64,000 nt of DNA from Bryobacterales bacterium (GCA_947446025.1 CANFEY010000008.1:5946-69945), one strand, 5' to 3'. Positions 35,913 to 45,381 are shown, counted from the stretch's first letter. The notes: generated by a model not told the origin, from the letters alone. Translations and numbers: made by a program.

Positions 35913-36310
35913 CGTCTGCTCCTGGTGGGTCTGCTATTGCCCGCGATCCAGCTTGTGAATTCGGGCTCGCGCAAGCGTCCCGCCGCCAGACCTAGAACCG
36001 CTTGCGTCGCGTCTTCTTCAGTAGCCGTGAATTGGTAGCCGTTCAACTCCAGGAACAGCACTCCAATCACGAAGCCGGTGCGCTTGTTTCCATCGACGAA
36101 CGGATGATTGCGCACGATGCCCGCGGCATAAAGAGCGGCCATCTCCACAATCTTGGGACTGTCAGCGTAGGCGAAGTGCTGGCGGGGCCGCGCAATTGCC
36201 GACTTGAGCAGCGCCTCGTCTCGAAGTCCCGGGGCACCGCCATGCTCCGCCATGACCCGGTCATGGATCGCGAGCACGTCAGCCTCGTCAATCCAGACTG
36301 GTTCTTTCAT
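35909..36310 (-). CDS. doc: Doc (Fic-fold) toxin
   Basis: HPFVDGNKRTG Fic/Doc motif. It overlaps the antitoxin stop by 4 nt. Confidence 0.9.
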   Translation of the reverse strand: MKEPVWIDEADVLAIHDRVMAEHGGAPGLRDEALLKSAIARPRQHFAYADSPKIVEMAALYAAGIVRNHPFVDGNKRTGFVIGVLFLELNGYQFTATEEDATQAVLGLAAGRLREPEFTSWIAGNSRPTRSRR

Positions 36311-36537
36311 TTGGAGAGTGCGCGCAGCGTGTTGCGGTAGCGGCGCATAATACCCTCAGCCGCGGTCATCTTCTTGTCGAATGTTGGGTCGTACGGGGAA
36401 AGCCGGTAGGCACCGTCCGTGGACTCCGTCAAAAACAGCCGTTCTCCGTCCCCGCTCTTGAGGCGCTGCAGTACTTCCTTGGGCAACACTACGCCCATGG
36501 AGTTTCCAAATTTGCGGACCTTCAGTTCAACCATCAC
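36307..36537 (-). CDS. AbrB/MazE/SpoVT-type antitoxin partner of Doc
   Basis: VRKFGNSMGVVLPKEVL swapped-hairpin motif. GGAGGT RBS. Confidence 0.85.
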   Translation of the reverse strand: MMVELKVRKFGNSMGVVLPKEVLQRLKSGDGERLFLTESTDGAYRLSPYDPTFDKKMTAAEGIMRRYRNTLRALSK

Positions 36538-36595
36538 CGACCTCCGTTACTACTATTGTAATAACACATTCCAGGCTGGGCAATGGGTGCTTACG

Positions 36596-36853
36596 CTATT
36601 GCGAGAGCTTCTGGAACGCCCCGCCGTACTGCGCATGTGAGCGTTGCTGCCCTGCGTTAAACTTGGCATCCCGGAGAAGTTCCGGATGTTCCGCCATGAA
36701 TTCCTCGGCTGCAGCGAGGAAAGACGGTGGCTGCGGTGTTCCCTTGCGCTGTAGGAATTCAATGAACTGGAAGACAGACTGCTGTTGTTCCGCGTTGAGC
36801 GAATGGATCACGTCTGCAGGATTCGGGGATGCCATGCTTCCTCTGGGTTTCAT
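36596..36853 (-). CDS. small protein, possibly an orphan DUF2281-like antitoxin
   Basis: ...LNAEQQQSVFQFIEFLQRKG... resembles antitoxin N-domains. No toxin gene follows it. Confidence 0.35.
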   Translation of the reverse strand: MKPRGSMASPNPADVIHSLNAEQQQSVFQFIEFLQRKGTPQPPSFLAAAEEFMAEHPELLRDAKFNAGQQRSHAQYGGAFQKLSQ

Positions 36854-36859
36854 TGTAAC

Positions 36860-36908
36860 GCTACCCCGTCATGATCGCCGTGACCGTTGTGCGGTACGCG
36901 ACTTCTTC
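36860..36908. repeat. relic copy of the 3' end of a dehydrogenase gene (direct repeat of 37810-37858)
   Basis: The minus strand encodes EEVAYRTTVTAIMTG*, versus EEVAYRTTVTAIMTA* at the real gene end. It lies 950 bp away in the same orientation. Confidence 0.75.
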
Positions 36909-36950
36909 TAAGTGCGCCCATCGAGTGCTAGAGGCGATAGAAAGGGGCAC

Positions 36951-37760
36951 GTGACGACGGATCGTAGTGCCGGGCTAGTGACCTGCATTGTGGCGGGATG
37001 CTTCTTCGCGCATGCGCAAACGAGTACAGTAGCCCCGAAATGTGAGGTCGCATCTATCAAGCCCAACACATCTAGCGAGCGAATGGACTACGGCGGTCGC
37101 GGCGAGCGCGGGATTTTTGGGCGGAACATCCCGATCGCCGGGTGGAAACAGATCGCCTATCAAGTCCGCGGATTTCAGATTGAAGGGCCGTCGTGGATCT
37201 TGAATGAGAAGTTTGATATTGAAGCACAAGCAGAGAGTGAAGTCTCTGGAGCGGTGCTTCTGCAAATGCTCCAATCGCTGCTCGCGGATCGCTTCCAGCT
37301 TAGACTTCACCGCGAGACCAGGGACATTCCCGCATACATCCTGGGAGTGAACCGGGGCGGGCTAAAGATGAAGGCGTCGCGGGATCAGACACTGTGGGCG
37401 GGCGATTTCCCGAATGGGTCAACGGATGGCATGGAGACAGCGGGTGGGGGTCCCACAGAACTTGCCCCAGGGCGTTTTGCTGGCGAGGCCATTCCGTTGA
37501 ATCTCCTTATTCGGCTACTCGCGGACCAAGTTGGGCGTCCCGTACTCAACGGAACAGGATCGATGGCGCGGTACGACATGGATCTGCGCTATGCGCCAGG
37601 GTCAGGACAAGCACCCTTGTTCGATCCCAATCTGGTAGATACGGGAGCACCTTCCTTGTTTACTGCGCTACAGGAACAGTTGGGGCTTCAGTTAGAATCG
37701 ACCAGGGCGCCAGGAGAGGTTCTCGTGATTGATGCAATCGAGCGGCCTTCGGAGAATTGA
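36951..37760 (+). CDS. TIGR03435-like secreted protein (the only intact copy in the window)
   Basis: Signal peptide, then the blocks ASIKPN, FDIEAQ, LLADRFQLRLHRETRDIPAYIL, GGLKMK and LLADQVGRPVLNGTG. The protein ends LFTALQEQLGLQLES...VLVIDAIERPSEN. GTG 36951 follows AAAGGGG; the ORF is open from 36912. Confidence 0.8.
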   Translation: MTTDRSAGLVTCIVAGCFFAHAQTSTVAPKCEVASIKPNTSSERMDYGGRGERGIFGRNIPIAGWKQIAYQVRGFQIEGPSWILNEKFDIEAQAESEVSGAVLLQMLQSLLADRFQLRLHRETRDIPAYILGVNRGGLKMKASRDQTLWAGDFPNGSTDGMETAGGGPTELAPGRFAGEAIPLNLLIRLLADQVGRPVLNGTGSMARYDMDLRYAPGSGQAPLFDPNLVDTGAPSLFTALQEQLGLQLESTRAPGEVLVIDAIERPSEN

Positions 37761-37810
37761 TCACCTCGCCAGACTTCGCGCGGCCGTAATCCCTCAGGGC
37801 GTAGTGCAAG

Positions 37811-39154
37811 CTACGCAGTCATGATCGCCGTGACCGTGGTCCGGTACGCGACCTCTTCGTAGGCAACCAGAGCTTGGTCCAGCGGCACCACGCGGGTGGC
37901 CAGGGACTTCGCGTCATAGCGTCCGCTTTCGAGCATCGCCACGAATCGGGGAATGTCGCGCATCGGGCTACAGCCGCCGGCTTGACCTGCGTGATGGGTG
38001 CGGCCTCCGATGTTGAACGTCACGGCGGGCAGCGTCACGTTACCGCGGGCGAGGCTCGTGGTCACGATGTGGCCGCCGGGGGCGCACATTTGATACGCTT
38101 GCTGGATGGCTTGCACGCCGGTGGCGTCGGGGCCGCGTTCGACGCGCGGTTCGGCGGCTTCGGCCCCGACGGCTTCGACCACGAAATCCGGGCCTAGACC
38201 CGAGGTGCGGCCTCCGCCCCAGGGTTGATTGCTCGGCCAGCTGGCTAGTTGGCGGATTCGCTGCAGCAGGTTCGCGCCTTCTGCGTTCGGATCGAGCACG
38301 TGCGTCGCGCCGACCTTCATCGCGACCTCGCGGCGCGCGGCAACCGGGTCGATGGCGATGATGCGCGCCGCTCCCGAGATGCGCGCGCCTTGAACCGCGC
38401 TCAAGCCCAGCGGGCCGCAGCCGACTACGGCGACGATGGAGCCGGACTCCACGTAGTTCGAGGGCGACGTAGTGGAGCCGAGTCCCGCGACCGACACGCA
38501 GCTGCACACCATCGCGAGTTCCACGGCGGAGACTTGCGTCGGCGTGGGCACCACCCACTCTTCATATGTGGCCATGTATTCCGCCATGCCGCCGATGTGC
38601 GAGTTTTGATAGACGGGTGTGCCGTCCGCCATGTCGCCCATGACGGCGAAATTCTGATCGGAGAGGAACTGGCACTGATCGGAGCGGCCGCGCAGGCACT
38701 GATAGCAGGCTCCGCACTGCGGAGTGCCGGAAACACACACGCGGTCACCGACGCGCACGCGACGCACTTCAGGTCCCACTGCTTCGACGATGCCGACGCC
38801 CCCGTGGCCTTGGATCATGGCCCGCTGCTGCGCGGGCGGTTTGGCGGGAGCAGGCTTCGGCGCGGCAGCGGGAGGATTCGGACCCGCCGCGGCGGCGCTG
38901 GTCAATCCGAGCACTGCGCCGACGTTTGAATAGCACAGGCTGGAAGCTTCGGTGCGCACCAACACTTGCCGTCCTGCAATCGGACGCAGCGTGAGTTCCT
39001 GCAACGTCGTCTGGCCCCGGCCACGCGTGACCCACGCCCGGAAGCGCCGCGATGTGATCACTGCCGGCGCTTGGGCGACCGCGCCTTGCGGGGCCAGCAG
39101 GATGCCTCCGGCGGCGATGCTGGACTTCAGTAAATTGCGTCGAGTATTTTTCAT
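37811..39154 (-). CDS. Zn-dependent alcohol dehydrogenase (MDR) family protein with twin-arginine signal
   Basis: MKNTRRNLLKSSIAAGGILLAP Tat motif, the structural-Zn box CGACYQCLRGRSDQC, and the Rossmann motif VVGCGPLGLS. A ~30-aa Ala/Pro/Lys insert precedes GHGGVG. The ORF is open to 39436, but that part has no coding character. Confidence 0.8.
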   Translation of the reverse strand: MKNTRRNLLKSSIAAGGILLAPQGAVAQAPAVITSRRFRAWVTRGRGQTTLQELTLRPIAGRQVLVRTEASSLCYSNVGAVLGLTSAAAAGPNPPAAAPKPAPAKPPAQQRAMIQGHGGVGIVEAVGPEVRRVRVGDRVCVSGTPQCGACYQCLRGRSDQCQFLSDQNFAVMGDMADGTPVYQNSHIGGMAEYMATYEEWVVPTPTQVSAVELAMVCSCVSVAGLGSTTSPSNYVESGSIVAVVGCGPLGLSAVQGARISGAARIIAIDPVAARREVAMKVGATHVLDPNAEGANLLQRIRQLASWPSNQPWGGGRTSGLGPDFVVEAVGAEAAEPRVERGPDATGVQAIQQAYQMCAPGGHIVTTSLARGNVTLPAVTFNIGGRTHHAGQAGGCSPMRDIPRFVAMLESGRYDAKSLATRVVPLDQALVAYEEVAYRTTVTAIMTA

Positions 39155-39261
39155 AGAACTCACCCTGCCGATTATAGTGCTCCGCGGTTTAGAATGCAGG
39201 CATGGTGCGCGCCTAGCTTCTGTTTTCCGCAGCCCTGAGCTCCCATGCTCAGTGGGTGAGC

Positions 39262-39759
39262 TACAAGTCCCCGGAGTCCTCCGCACCAAGGATGGTAAGC
39301 CCAATCTGACCGCGCCCACGCCGCGTGTCAACGGCAAGCCCGACCTCTCCGGCCTCTGGCAAACCAACTTCTCAGCCGGGATGAAATCAAGATGAGTCCT
39401 AAGGCGGCGGGATTGCAAGAGAAGACATTCGCTCAAAGCGAATCAGAAACCAAAGCCGGCGTGGGAGGGCTACTCGGTGGGGCATTGGGAAGGCGACATG
39501 CTGGTGAGCGAGACCATCGGGGTGAGTGGGCGGGCACCGCTCGATGGGAGGGGGCATCCGCGCTCAGCGGCTTCGAAGTTGACCGGGTGGCTGCGGCGGC
39601 GCGACTACGGGCACATTGACGTGCAGGTGCAAATTGACGATACGGCGTATTACTCGAAGCCGATCCTCTGAAGTACACGCAGACGCTGGTGCCGGATGAC
39701 GATCTGCTGGAGTGGATCTGCGCGGAAAATGAGAAGGACGTGGTCCATTTGAAGTCGTG
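39262..39759 (+). pseudogene. paralog family A gene (as 21614-22396, 62043-62792), degraded
   Basis: Three blocks lie in three frames with a large internal deletion: VLRTKDGKPNLTAPTPRVNGKPDLSGLWQ, GHWEGDMLVSETIG...IDVQVQIDDTAYYSKP, and LVPDDDLLEWICAENEKD. Confidence 0.6.
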
Positions 39760-39764
39760 ATACG

Positions 39765-40640
39765 ATGATCGTCAATATGCGACGCCGAGAATTTCTACCT
39801 GTCATCGCCGCGCCTTTGGTAGCAGAAGGGTTGCTCCAAGCGCAGACCGCACCCGCCGCCAAGCTGAAGGGACGCATCAAGCAGGGCGTCACGCGTGGAG
39901 TCTTCCGCGGGCCCATGATGACGTTCGACGACATGTGCCGCGAGGCCGCAAAGCTCGGGATTCAGGGCTTCGACTTGGTGGAGCCCGCCGATTGGCCCAC
40001 GCTGAAGAAGTATGGCCTCACCTCTTCCATGTATCCGCTGGGTCCTGGCGGGACGATTGCCGAGGCGCTGAACCGCATGGAGAATCACGCGAAGCTCGAC
40101 GCATCCATGCGCTCCGCGATCAACGCCGCGGCGGCCGCGAACGTACCCAACGTCATCACCTTTTCCGGCAATCGGCGTGGGCTCGACGATAAGACCGGTG
40201 CCGACAACTGCGTGGCTTTCCTCAACAACATCAAGGCGCATGCCGAGGACAAGGGCGTAACCATCTGCATGGAACTGCTGAACAGCAAGGTGAATCATAA
40301 GGACTACCAGTTCGACCGCATGAGCTGGGGAGTGGACGTGATGAAGAGAGTGAACTCGCCGCGGGTGAAGATTCTCTACGATATCTACCACGCGCAAATC
40401 ATGGATGGCGACGTGGTGACGTGGATCCGGCAGAACATTGCGCACATCGCGCATTTCCATACGGGCGGGAATCCGGGGCGCAATGACATTGATGAGACGC
40501 AGGAGTTGAACTACGGTTTCATCATGCGGGAGATCGCCGCGCTGGGGTTCACGGGGTTTGTGTCGCACGAGTATTCGCCGGCGCAGGGGCATGAGCCGTT
40601 GGCGACGCTGGCGAAGGCGATTCGGATATGCGACGTGTAG
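39765..40640 (+). CDS. xylose-isomerase-like TIM barrel protein (hydroxypyruvate isomerase family) with Tat signal
   Basis: MRRREFLPVIAAPL twin-arginine leader. Typical ...ICMELLNSKVNHKDYQ...DIYHAQIMDGD...HFHTGG metal-ligand blocks. Confidence 0.8.
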   Translation: MIVNMRRREFLPVIAAPLVAEGLLQAQTAPAAKLKGRIKQGVTRGVFRGPMMTFDDMCREAAKLGIQGFDLVEPADWPTLKKYGLTSSMYPLGPGGTIAEALNRMENHAKLDASMRSAINAAAAANVPNVITFSGNRRGLDDKTGADNCVAFLNNIKAHAEDKGVTICMELLNSKVNHKDYQFDRMSWGVDVMKRVNSPRVKILYDIYHAQIMDGDVVTWIRQNIAHIAHFHTGGNPGRNDIDETQELNYGFIMREIAALGFTGFVSHEYSPAQGHEPLATLAKAIRICDV

Positions 40641-41425
40641 CGTCTGTCCGCTTCCTTACGGTCGCGGTTCAGTGCTGGGCGCGGGCGCGGGCGGCTGTGG
40701 GGGTGTGTGCGCGGGTGGTTGTGGGGGGTGGCTTGGTTTGGGGGCAGGCGGGGCCTACGGTTCGGCAGGACGTTGATCCGGCGGCGGCTTTGCGGGGGCG
40801 GGCGGTCTACACACAGTTTTGCGTGAACTGTCATGGAGCTTTGGCGAAGGGGACTGAAGAGGCGCCGGATTTGATTCGGTCTCCGCTGGTGCTGCGCGAC
40901 CGGCTGGGCAATGAGTTGGGGCCTGCGTTGAAGCGACTGCCCAATCACAAGCGCGACCTGACGAATGCGCAGGTGGGGGACATGACGCACTTTCTCAAAG
41001 AGCAGATTGAGAACACGGCGAAGAACCGGAATCCGGTGCGTCCACCGAACGTACTCACCGGAAATCTGGACGCCGGTCGCGCGTATTTCAATAGCAAGTG
41101 CACCGCGTGCCACTCGGCGACCGGCGATCTCGCTGGAGTGAGCCGGCGGATTCCCGACGCCGTCGACTTGCAGCAACGCTTCCTGTTTCCTCGCCGCACC
41201 AAGCCTGTTCAAGCGACGGTCGCGGGTGTGACGGGTGACTTGGTCCGCATTGATGACTTCACCGTGTCCTTGAAAACCGGTGCGGGGGAAACTCGCACGT
41301 GGACGCGCACGGACGCGTTGCAGGTGGCGCTCAACGATCCGTTGAAGGCACACCAGGACCTGCTCGACGTCTACACCGACGCGGACATGCACAACGTGGT
41401 GCGCTATCTGGAGTCGCTCAAATGA
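40628..41425 (+). CDS. dihaem c-type cytochrome
   Basis: Two CxxCH motifs (CVNCHG, CTACHS). Its stop overlaps the PQQ dehydrogenase start (ATGA). The N-terminus is uncertain because the first ~20 codons are the REP-like repeat. Confidence 0.7.
   Translation: MRRVASVRFLTVAVQCWARARAAVGVCARVVVGGGLVWGQAGPTVRQDVDPAAALRGRAVYTQFCVNCHGALAKGTEEAPDLIRSPLVLRDRLGNELGPALKRLPNHKRDLTNAQVGDMTHFLKEQIENTAKNRNPVRPPNVLTGNLDAGRAYFNSKCTACHSATGDLAGVSRRIPDAVDLQQRFLFPRRTKPVQATVAGVTGDLVRIDDFTVSLKTGAGETRTWTRTDALQVALNDPLKAHQDLLDVYTDADMHNVVRYLESLK
40641..40679. repeat. REP-like element, half copy
   Basis: CGTCTGTCCGCTTCCTTACGGTCGCGGTTCAGTGCTGGG matches the left arm and loop start of the hairpin at 59016-59121. Confidence 0.65.
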
Positions 41426-42978
41426 GGCTCTCGTTCCTTCTACTGGCCGGCGTCGCTTACGCGCAAGTGGGTGCCGAATGGCCCAGCTACAACGGTGACT
41501 ATTCGGGCCAGCGCTATAGTGCCCTCAATAAACTGAACCAGTCGAACATCCACTCGCTTTCGCTTGCCTGGACGCTCCGGCCGAATCCGGGACGCGCGCC
41601 ACAGGGCGGGGGCGGAACCACGGCGGTCACCATCAAAGGCACGCCTGTCGTGGTCAACGGAGTTTTGTACACCACCATCCCGGACCACGTCTGGGCCGTG
41701 GATGCGCGCTCGGGCCGCGAGATCTGGCACTTCGTGTGGCAATCGAAAGGCGGCTGGCACATCGGTAATCGCGGCGTGGCGGTGCTGCGCGATACCGTCT
41801 ACGTTGAAACGCCCGACTGTTTCCTCGTCGCCCTCAACCTCGCCGACGGCAAGGAAAAGTGGCACACCGAAATCTGCGATCTGGAGCAGTTCTACTACGC
41901 CTCGGTTGCGCCCATCGTGGTCAAGAACCACGTCATCACCGGCGTCAGCGGCGACGATCTGGACATCCCCGGCTACATTGAATCGCACGATGCGGCGACG
42001 GGTAAGCTCGAATGGCGCTGGTACGCGCATCCCGAGCCGGGCACGCCGGAAGCCAAGACCTGGCCCAGCGTCGAAGCGATGATGCACGGGGGCGGAATGA
42101 CCTGGGTGCCGAGTACCTATGACCCGCAGCTGAACCTGCTGTATCTCGGCACCGGAAATCCGCAGCCGGTCATTGCGGGGCAGGGCAGGGAAGGCTCGAA
42201 CCTCTACACCGAATGCATCGTGGCGATCGATGCCGATACCGGCAAGCTCAAGTGGTATTTCCAGCCGTCGCCGCACGACACGCATGATTGGGACGCGGTG
42301 CAGACGCCTGTGCTCTTCGATGGTGAAGTGAATGGACGCCCGCGCAAGCTGCTCGCGCAGGCCAGCCGCAATGGATGGTTTTTCGTGCTGGATCGCGTGA
42401 CCGGTGAACGCATCATTGGCTCGGAATATGTGAAGACGAATTGGACGCTGGGCGTGGATGCGAAGGGCCAGCCGATTCCGAATCCCGCCAAGGGTCCGCA
42501 GCTGGACGGCGCGCTGGTGACGCCGAATCAAGGTGGCGCGATGAATTGGCCGCCTCCGAGTTACAGCCCGGAGACTGGCTTGCTGTACGCGAACGCGGCT
42601 CGCGCGTGGAGCGTTTATTACCTCTATGACGACGGCGACAAGCCCGAAGGCTGGGGTGGCAATGACCGCAGCGGATTTTCCGAGGGCATGGTCCAGGCGA
42701 TCGACACCAAGACCGGGCAGGTGCGGTGGAGCCACAAGTGGCCGGGGGGCGGATCGGTGCGGGCGGGCATGCTGAGCACAGCGGGCAAGCTGCTGTTCAC
42801 CGGGGACCCCACGCAGAACTTCGTGGCTCTGGACCCGGCGACGGGCAAGGCGCTGTGGCACGCGGGGCTGCATGGGAATGTGACGAATGGTCCGATCACG
42901 TATGAGCTGGATGGGGCGCAGTATATAGTGGTGGGCGCGGGGGACACACTATACGCGTTTGTGATCCGCATGAACTAA
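41422..42978 (+). CDS. PQQ-dependent dehydrogenase (methanol/ethanol family), periplasmic
   Basis: Signal peptide MRLSFLLLAGVAYAQ. WPSYNGDYSGQRYS start and repeated W-motif propeller blades. Start at ATG 41422 within the longer ORF. Confidence 0.85.
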   Translation: MRLSFLLLAGVAYAQVGAEWPSYNGDYSGQRYSALNKLNQSNIHSLSLAWTLRPNPGRAPQGGGGTTAVTIKGTPVVVNGVLYTTIPDHVWAVDARSGREIWHFVWQSKGGWHIGNRGVAVLRDTVYVETPDCFLVALNLADGKEKWHTEICDLEQFYYASVAPIVVKNHVITGVSGDDLDIPGYIESHDAATGKLEWRWYAHPEPGTPEAKTWPSVEAMMHGGGMTWVPSTYDPQLNLLYLGTGNPQPVIAGQGREGSNLYTECIVAIDADTGKLKWYFQPSPHDTHDWDAVQTPVLFDGEVNGRPRKLLAQASRNGWFFVLDRVTGERIIGSEYVKTNWTLGVDAKGQPIPNPAKGPQLDGALVTPNQGGAMNWPPPSYSPETGLLYANAARAWSVYYLYDDGDKPEGWGGNDRSGFSEGMVQAIDTKTGQVRWSHKWPGGGSVRAGMLSTAGKLLFTGDPTQNFVALDPATGKALWHAGLHGNVTNGPITYELDGAQYIVVGAGDTLYAFVIRMN

Positions 42979-43168
42979 CGAGCCAACCGCTACCATCACG
43001 GTGAGAGAGGTTTTCAACGTGTGGCGAATCGAATGAACCAGGCTGCTGGCTCCTTACTTCGATCATCGCCGACCCCGCTCTGTTTTGTCCTTTCCCTGTC
43101 GCCACCGCCCCAAACTCGGGTATACTGGAGGTGTTCAGTAACCATTTCCTTCGGTGTAGGAGACGTGC

Positions 43169-44443
43169 GTGAAGCGTGTAGGCTCCGATGATTCGTTGCG
43201 TTGTTCGTTCTGCCACAAAAGCCAAGACGTCGTCGGGAAGCTGATTTCCTCGCCGTCGGACTATCCCCGCGCCTACATTTGCGATGAGTGCATCGCCGTC
43301 TGCAACTCCATCCTTGAAGACGACCGCACGGAGCAGGCCCACGGTTCGCCCAACAAGCTGCCCAAGCCGATGGAATTAAAGGAGTACCTGGATCAATACG
43401 TCATCGGCCAGGACGCCACCAAGAAGAAGCTCGCTGTAGCGGTTTACAACCACTACAAGCGCATTCAGATGAACAAGGCGCGCACGGGCGACGTGGAGCT
43501 GTCGAAGTCCAACATCCTCCTCATCGGACCCACCGGCACCGGCAAGACGCTGCTGGCGCAGACGCTGGCCCGGATCCTGGACGTGCCTTTCGCCATTGTG
43601 GACGCCACCACGCTTACGGAAGCGGGCTATGTGGGCGAAGACGTAGAGAACATCATCCTGAGGTTGCTGCAGAACTCCGACTGGGACGTGCAGCGCTGCC
43701 AGACCGGCATCATTTACATCGACGAAATCGACAAGATCGGCCGCAAGGACGAGAATCCTTCGATTACGCGCGACGTTTCGGGTGAAGGCGTGCAGCAGGC
43801 GCTGCTCAAGATCCTGGAAGGGACCATCGCAAATGTGCCGCCGCAGGGTGGGCGCAAGCATCCGCATCAGGAATTCACGCCCGTCGATACCTCCAACATC
43901 CTCTTCATTTGCGGAGGAGCGTTCCTGGGCCTTGAAAAAACCATCCAGCGGCGCATTGGGACCCGGACCATCGGCTACACCAGCCAAGAGGAATCCGACA
44001 AGGCGGAAAAGCGCCGCGTGAACGCGAATCGCCGCGACATCACGATACTGGAGCAGGTCCAGCCCATGGACTTGATCAAGAGCGGCTTCATCCCCGAATT
44101 CATCGGCCGCCTTCCGGTGGTGGCGGTGCTGGAAGACCTTTCCAAGGACGCGCTGGTGCAGATCCTCACCAAGCCGAAGAACGCGATTTCACGGCAGTAT
44201 CAAAAGCTCTTCGAATACGAGAACGTCCGCCTGAAGTTCACCGATGAAGCTTTGGAAGCCATCGCACAGCAAGCGATGGAGCGCAAGGTAGGTGCCCGCG
44301 GCCTCCGCATGATTCTCGAAGAGCTGATGCTGGACTTGATGTACTACCTACCCTCGCAGAAGAAGGCCCGCGATTTCCTGGTGACCAAGGAGATGGTGAT
44401 CAACCAGAAGATCAACGTGGCTGTGCTCGAAAAAGCCGGCTAG
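43169..44443 (+). CDS. clpX: ATP-dependent Clp protease ATP-binding subunit ClpX
   Basis: [18 protein letters not shown]...YICDECI zinc-binding domain, the Walker A motif GPTGTGKT, and an IGF-like loop region. Confidence 0.95.
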   Translation: MKRVGSDDSLRCSFCHKSQDVVGKLISSPSDYPRAYICDECIAVCNSILEDDRTEQAHGSPNKLPKPMELKEYLDQYVIGQDATKKKLAVAVYNHYKRIQMNKARTGDVELSKSNILLIGPTGTGKTLLAQTLARILDVPFAIVDATTLTEAGYVGEDVENIILRLLQNSDWDVQRCQTGIIYIDEIDKIGRKDENPSITRDVSGEGVQQALLKILEGTIANVPPQGGRKHPHQEFTPVDTSNILFICGGAFLGLEKTIQRRIGTRTIGYTSQEESDKAEKRRVNANRRDITILEQVQPMDLIKSGFIPEFIGRLPVVAVLEDLSKDALVQILTKPKNAISRQYQKLFEYENVRLKFTDEALEAIAQQAMERKVGARGLRMILEELMLDLMYYLPSQKKARDFLVTKEMVINQKINVAVLEKAG

Positions 44444-44458
44444 TCAAGGCCGGCGATG

Positions 44459-45298
44459 CTACCCCCGAGCGCGCTTTCTGGCGGGGCGCACTTCCTCTAC
44501 CAGGGCTTCCGAAGTTGTCGCTGACGCTGCGGGCTTCTTGGCGGCCGCCAAGCTTGCCCGCAGGGCTTCCATGATGTCCACGACCTTGGTCTGCTGAGGC
44601 TCCGGTGTTGCCACGATCTCCTGACCGGCCTTCTTCATCTCGATCATGCGCAGCAGGTTGTCGCGGTATTCGTCCGTGTACTTTTCCGGCTCAAAGGTGG
44701 CGGCCAGGGCCTCCAGCAGATTCGTTGCCAGCGCGAGTTCCTTTTCCTTGACCAGCGAGACGTCGGTGCGGAATTCGTCCACCTTGCGGATCTCGTGGCT
44801 GAAGTACATGGTGTGCATCAGGACCCCGTTTTGCCCGGGCCGCAGGATCACGATGTGCTCGCGATTGTGCATCGCCACCTTGGCCACGCCGACGCGCCCG
44901 GTGTTCTTCAGCGCCCCGAACAGCAGCGCGTAGGGCTTCTCGCCCGCTTCGTCGGGAGCCATGTAATACGAAGTCTCCAGGTAGATCGGGTCGACCTCTT
45001 CGGACTTCACGAACTCCAGGATCTCCATGACCTTGGCCGATGCGGGAGCTACCTTCTTGATCTCTTCGTCCTCGATGACCACGTAGCGGTCTTTCTCGTA
45101 CTCGAATCCCTTGACGATTTCGCTGCGGGGGATGGGCTTATCCTCGGCCTGGCAGAAGAGCACCTGCTTGATCCGCGACCCGTCGTGTTTGTGGAGTTGA
45201 TTGAAACTGATGCTCTCACTGCGCGCGGCGGAGTACAATTTGACAGGGAACGACACCAGCCCAAACGTAAGATGCCCTTTCCAAACCGTGGATGCCAT
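44459..45298 (-). CDS. ku: NHEJ protein Ku
   Basis: WKGHLTFGLVSFPVKLYSA N-terminus typical of bacterial Ku. It is divergent from ligD. Confidence 0.9.
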   Translation of the reverse strand: MASTVWKGHLTFGLVSFPVKLYSAARSESISFNQLHKHDGSRIKQVLFCQAEDKPIPRSEIVKGFEYEKDRYVVIEDEEIKKVAPASAKVMEILEFVKSEEVDPIYLETSYYMAPDEAGEKPYALLFGALKNTGRVGVAKVAMHNREHIVILRPGQNGVLMHTMYFSHEIRKVDEFRTDVSLVKEKELALATNLLEALAATFEPEKYTDEYRDNLLRMIEMKKAGQEIVATPEPQQTKVVDIMEALRASLAAAKKPAASATTSEALVEEVRPARKRARG

Positions 45299-45381
45299 AG
45301 CGTGAACGCCCCTCCTGTGAAAGATTCACTTTACCACTATACCGCAAACATTCTACGGTGTTTGTGTTCCAGGGGGCGCGC

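Noticed and set aside
27300-37900. Search for a transposase, integrase or other recombinase that could explain the flanking duplications
   Set aside because: No ORF on either strand shows DDE, tyrosine- or serine-recombinase or HUH motifs. The duplications are therefore attributed to homologous or illegitimate recombination rather than to a resident mobile element.
39155-39436. Upstream extension of the Zn-ADH ORF
   Set aside because: No coding character. The Tat signal starts at ATG 39154, and the region overlaps remnants of the family-A pseudogene on the other strand.
41440-42873. 477-aa minus-strand ORF over the PQQ dehydrogenase. Similar long antisense ORFs lie at 46351-47493, 52611-53825, 60983-61714, 62570-63523, 7441-8373 and 20436-21572.
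   Set aside because: All have the Arg/His/Gly/Pro-rich composition of GC-rich antisense frames, and all overlap genes with strong family signatures.
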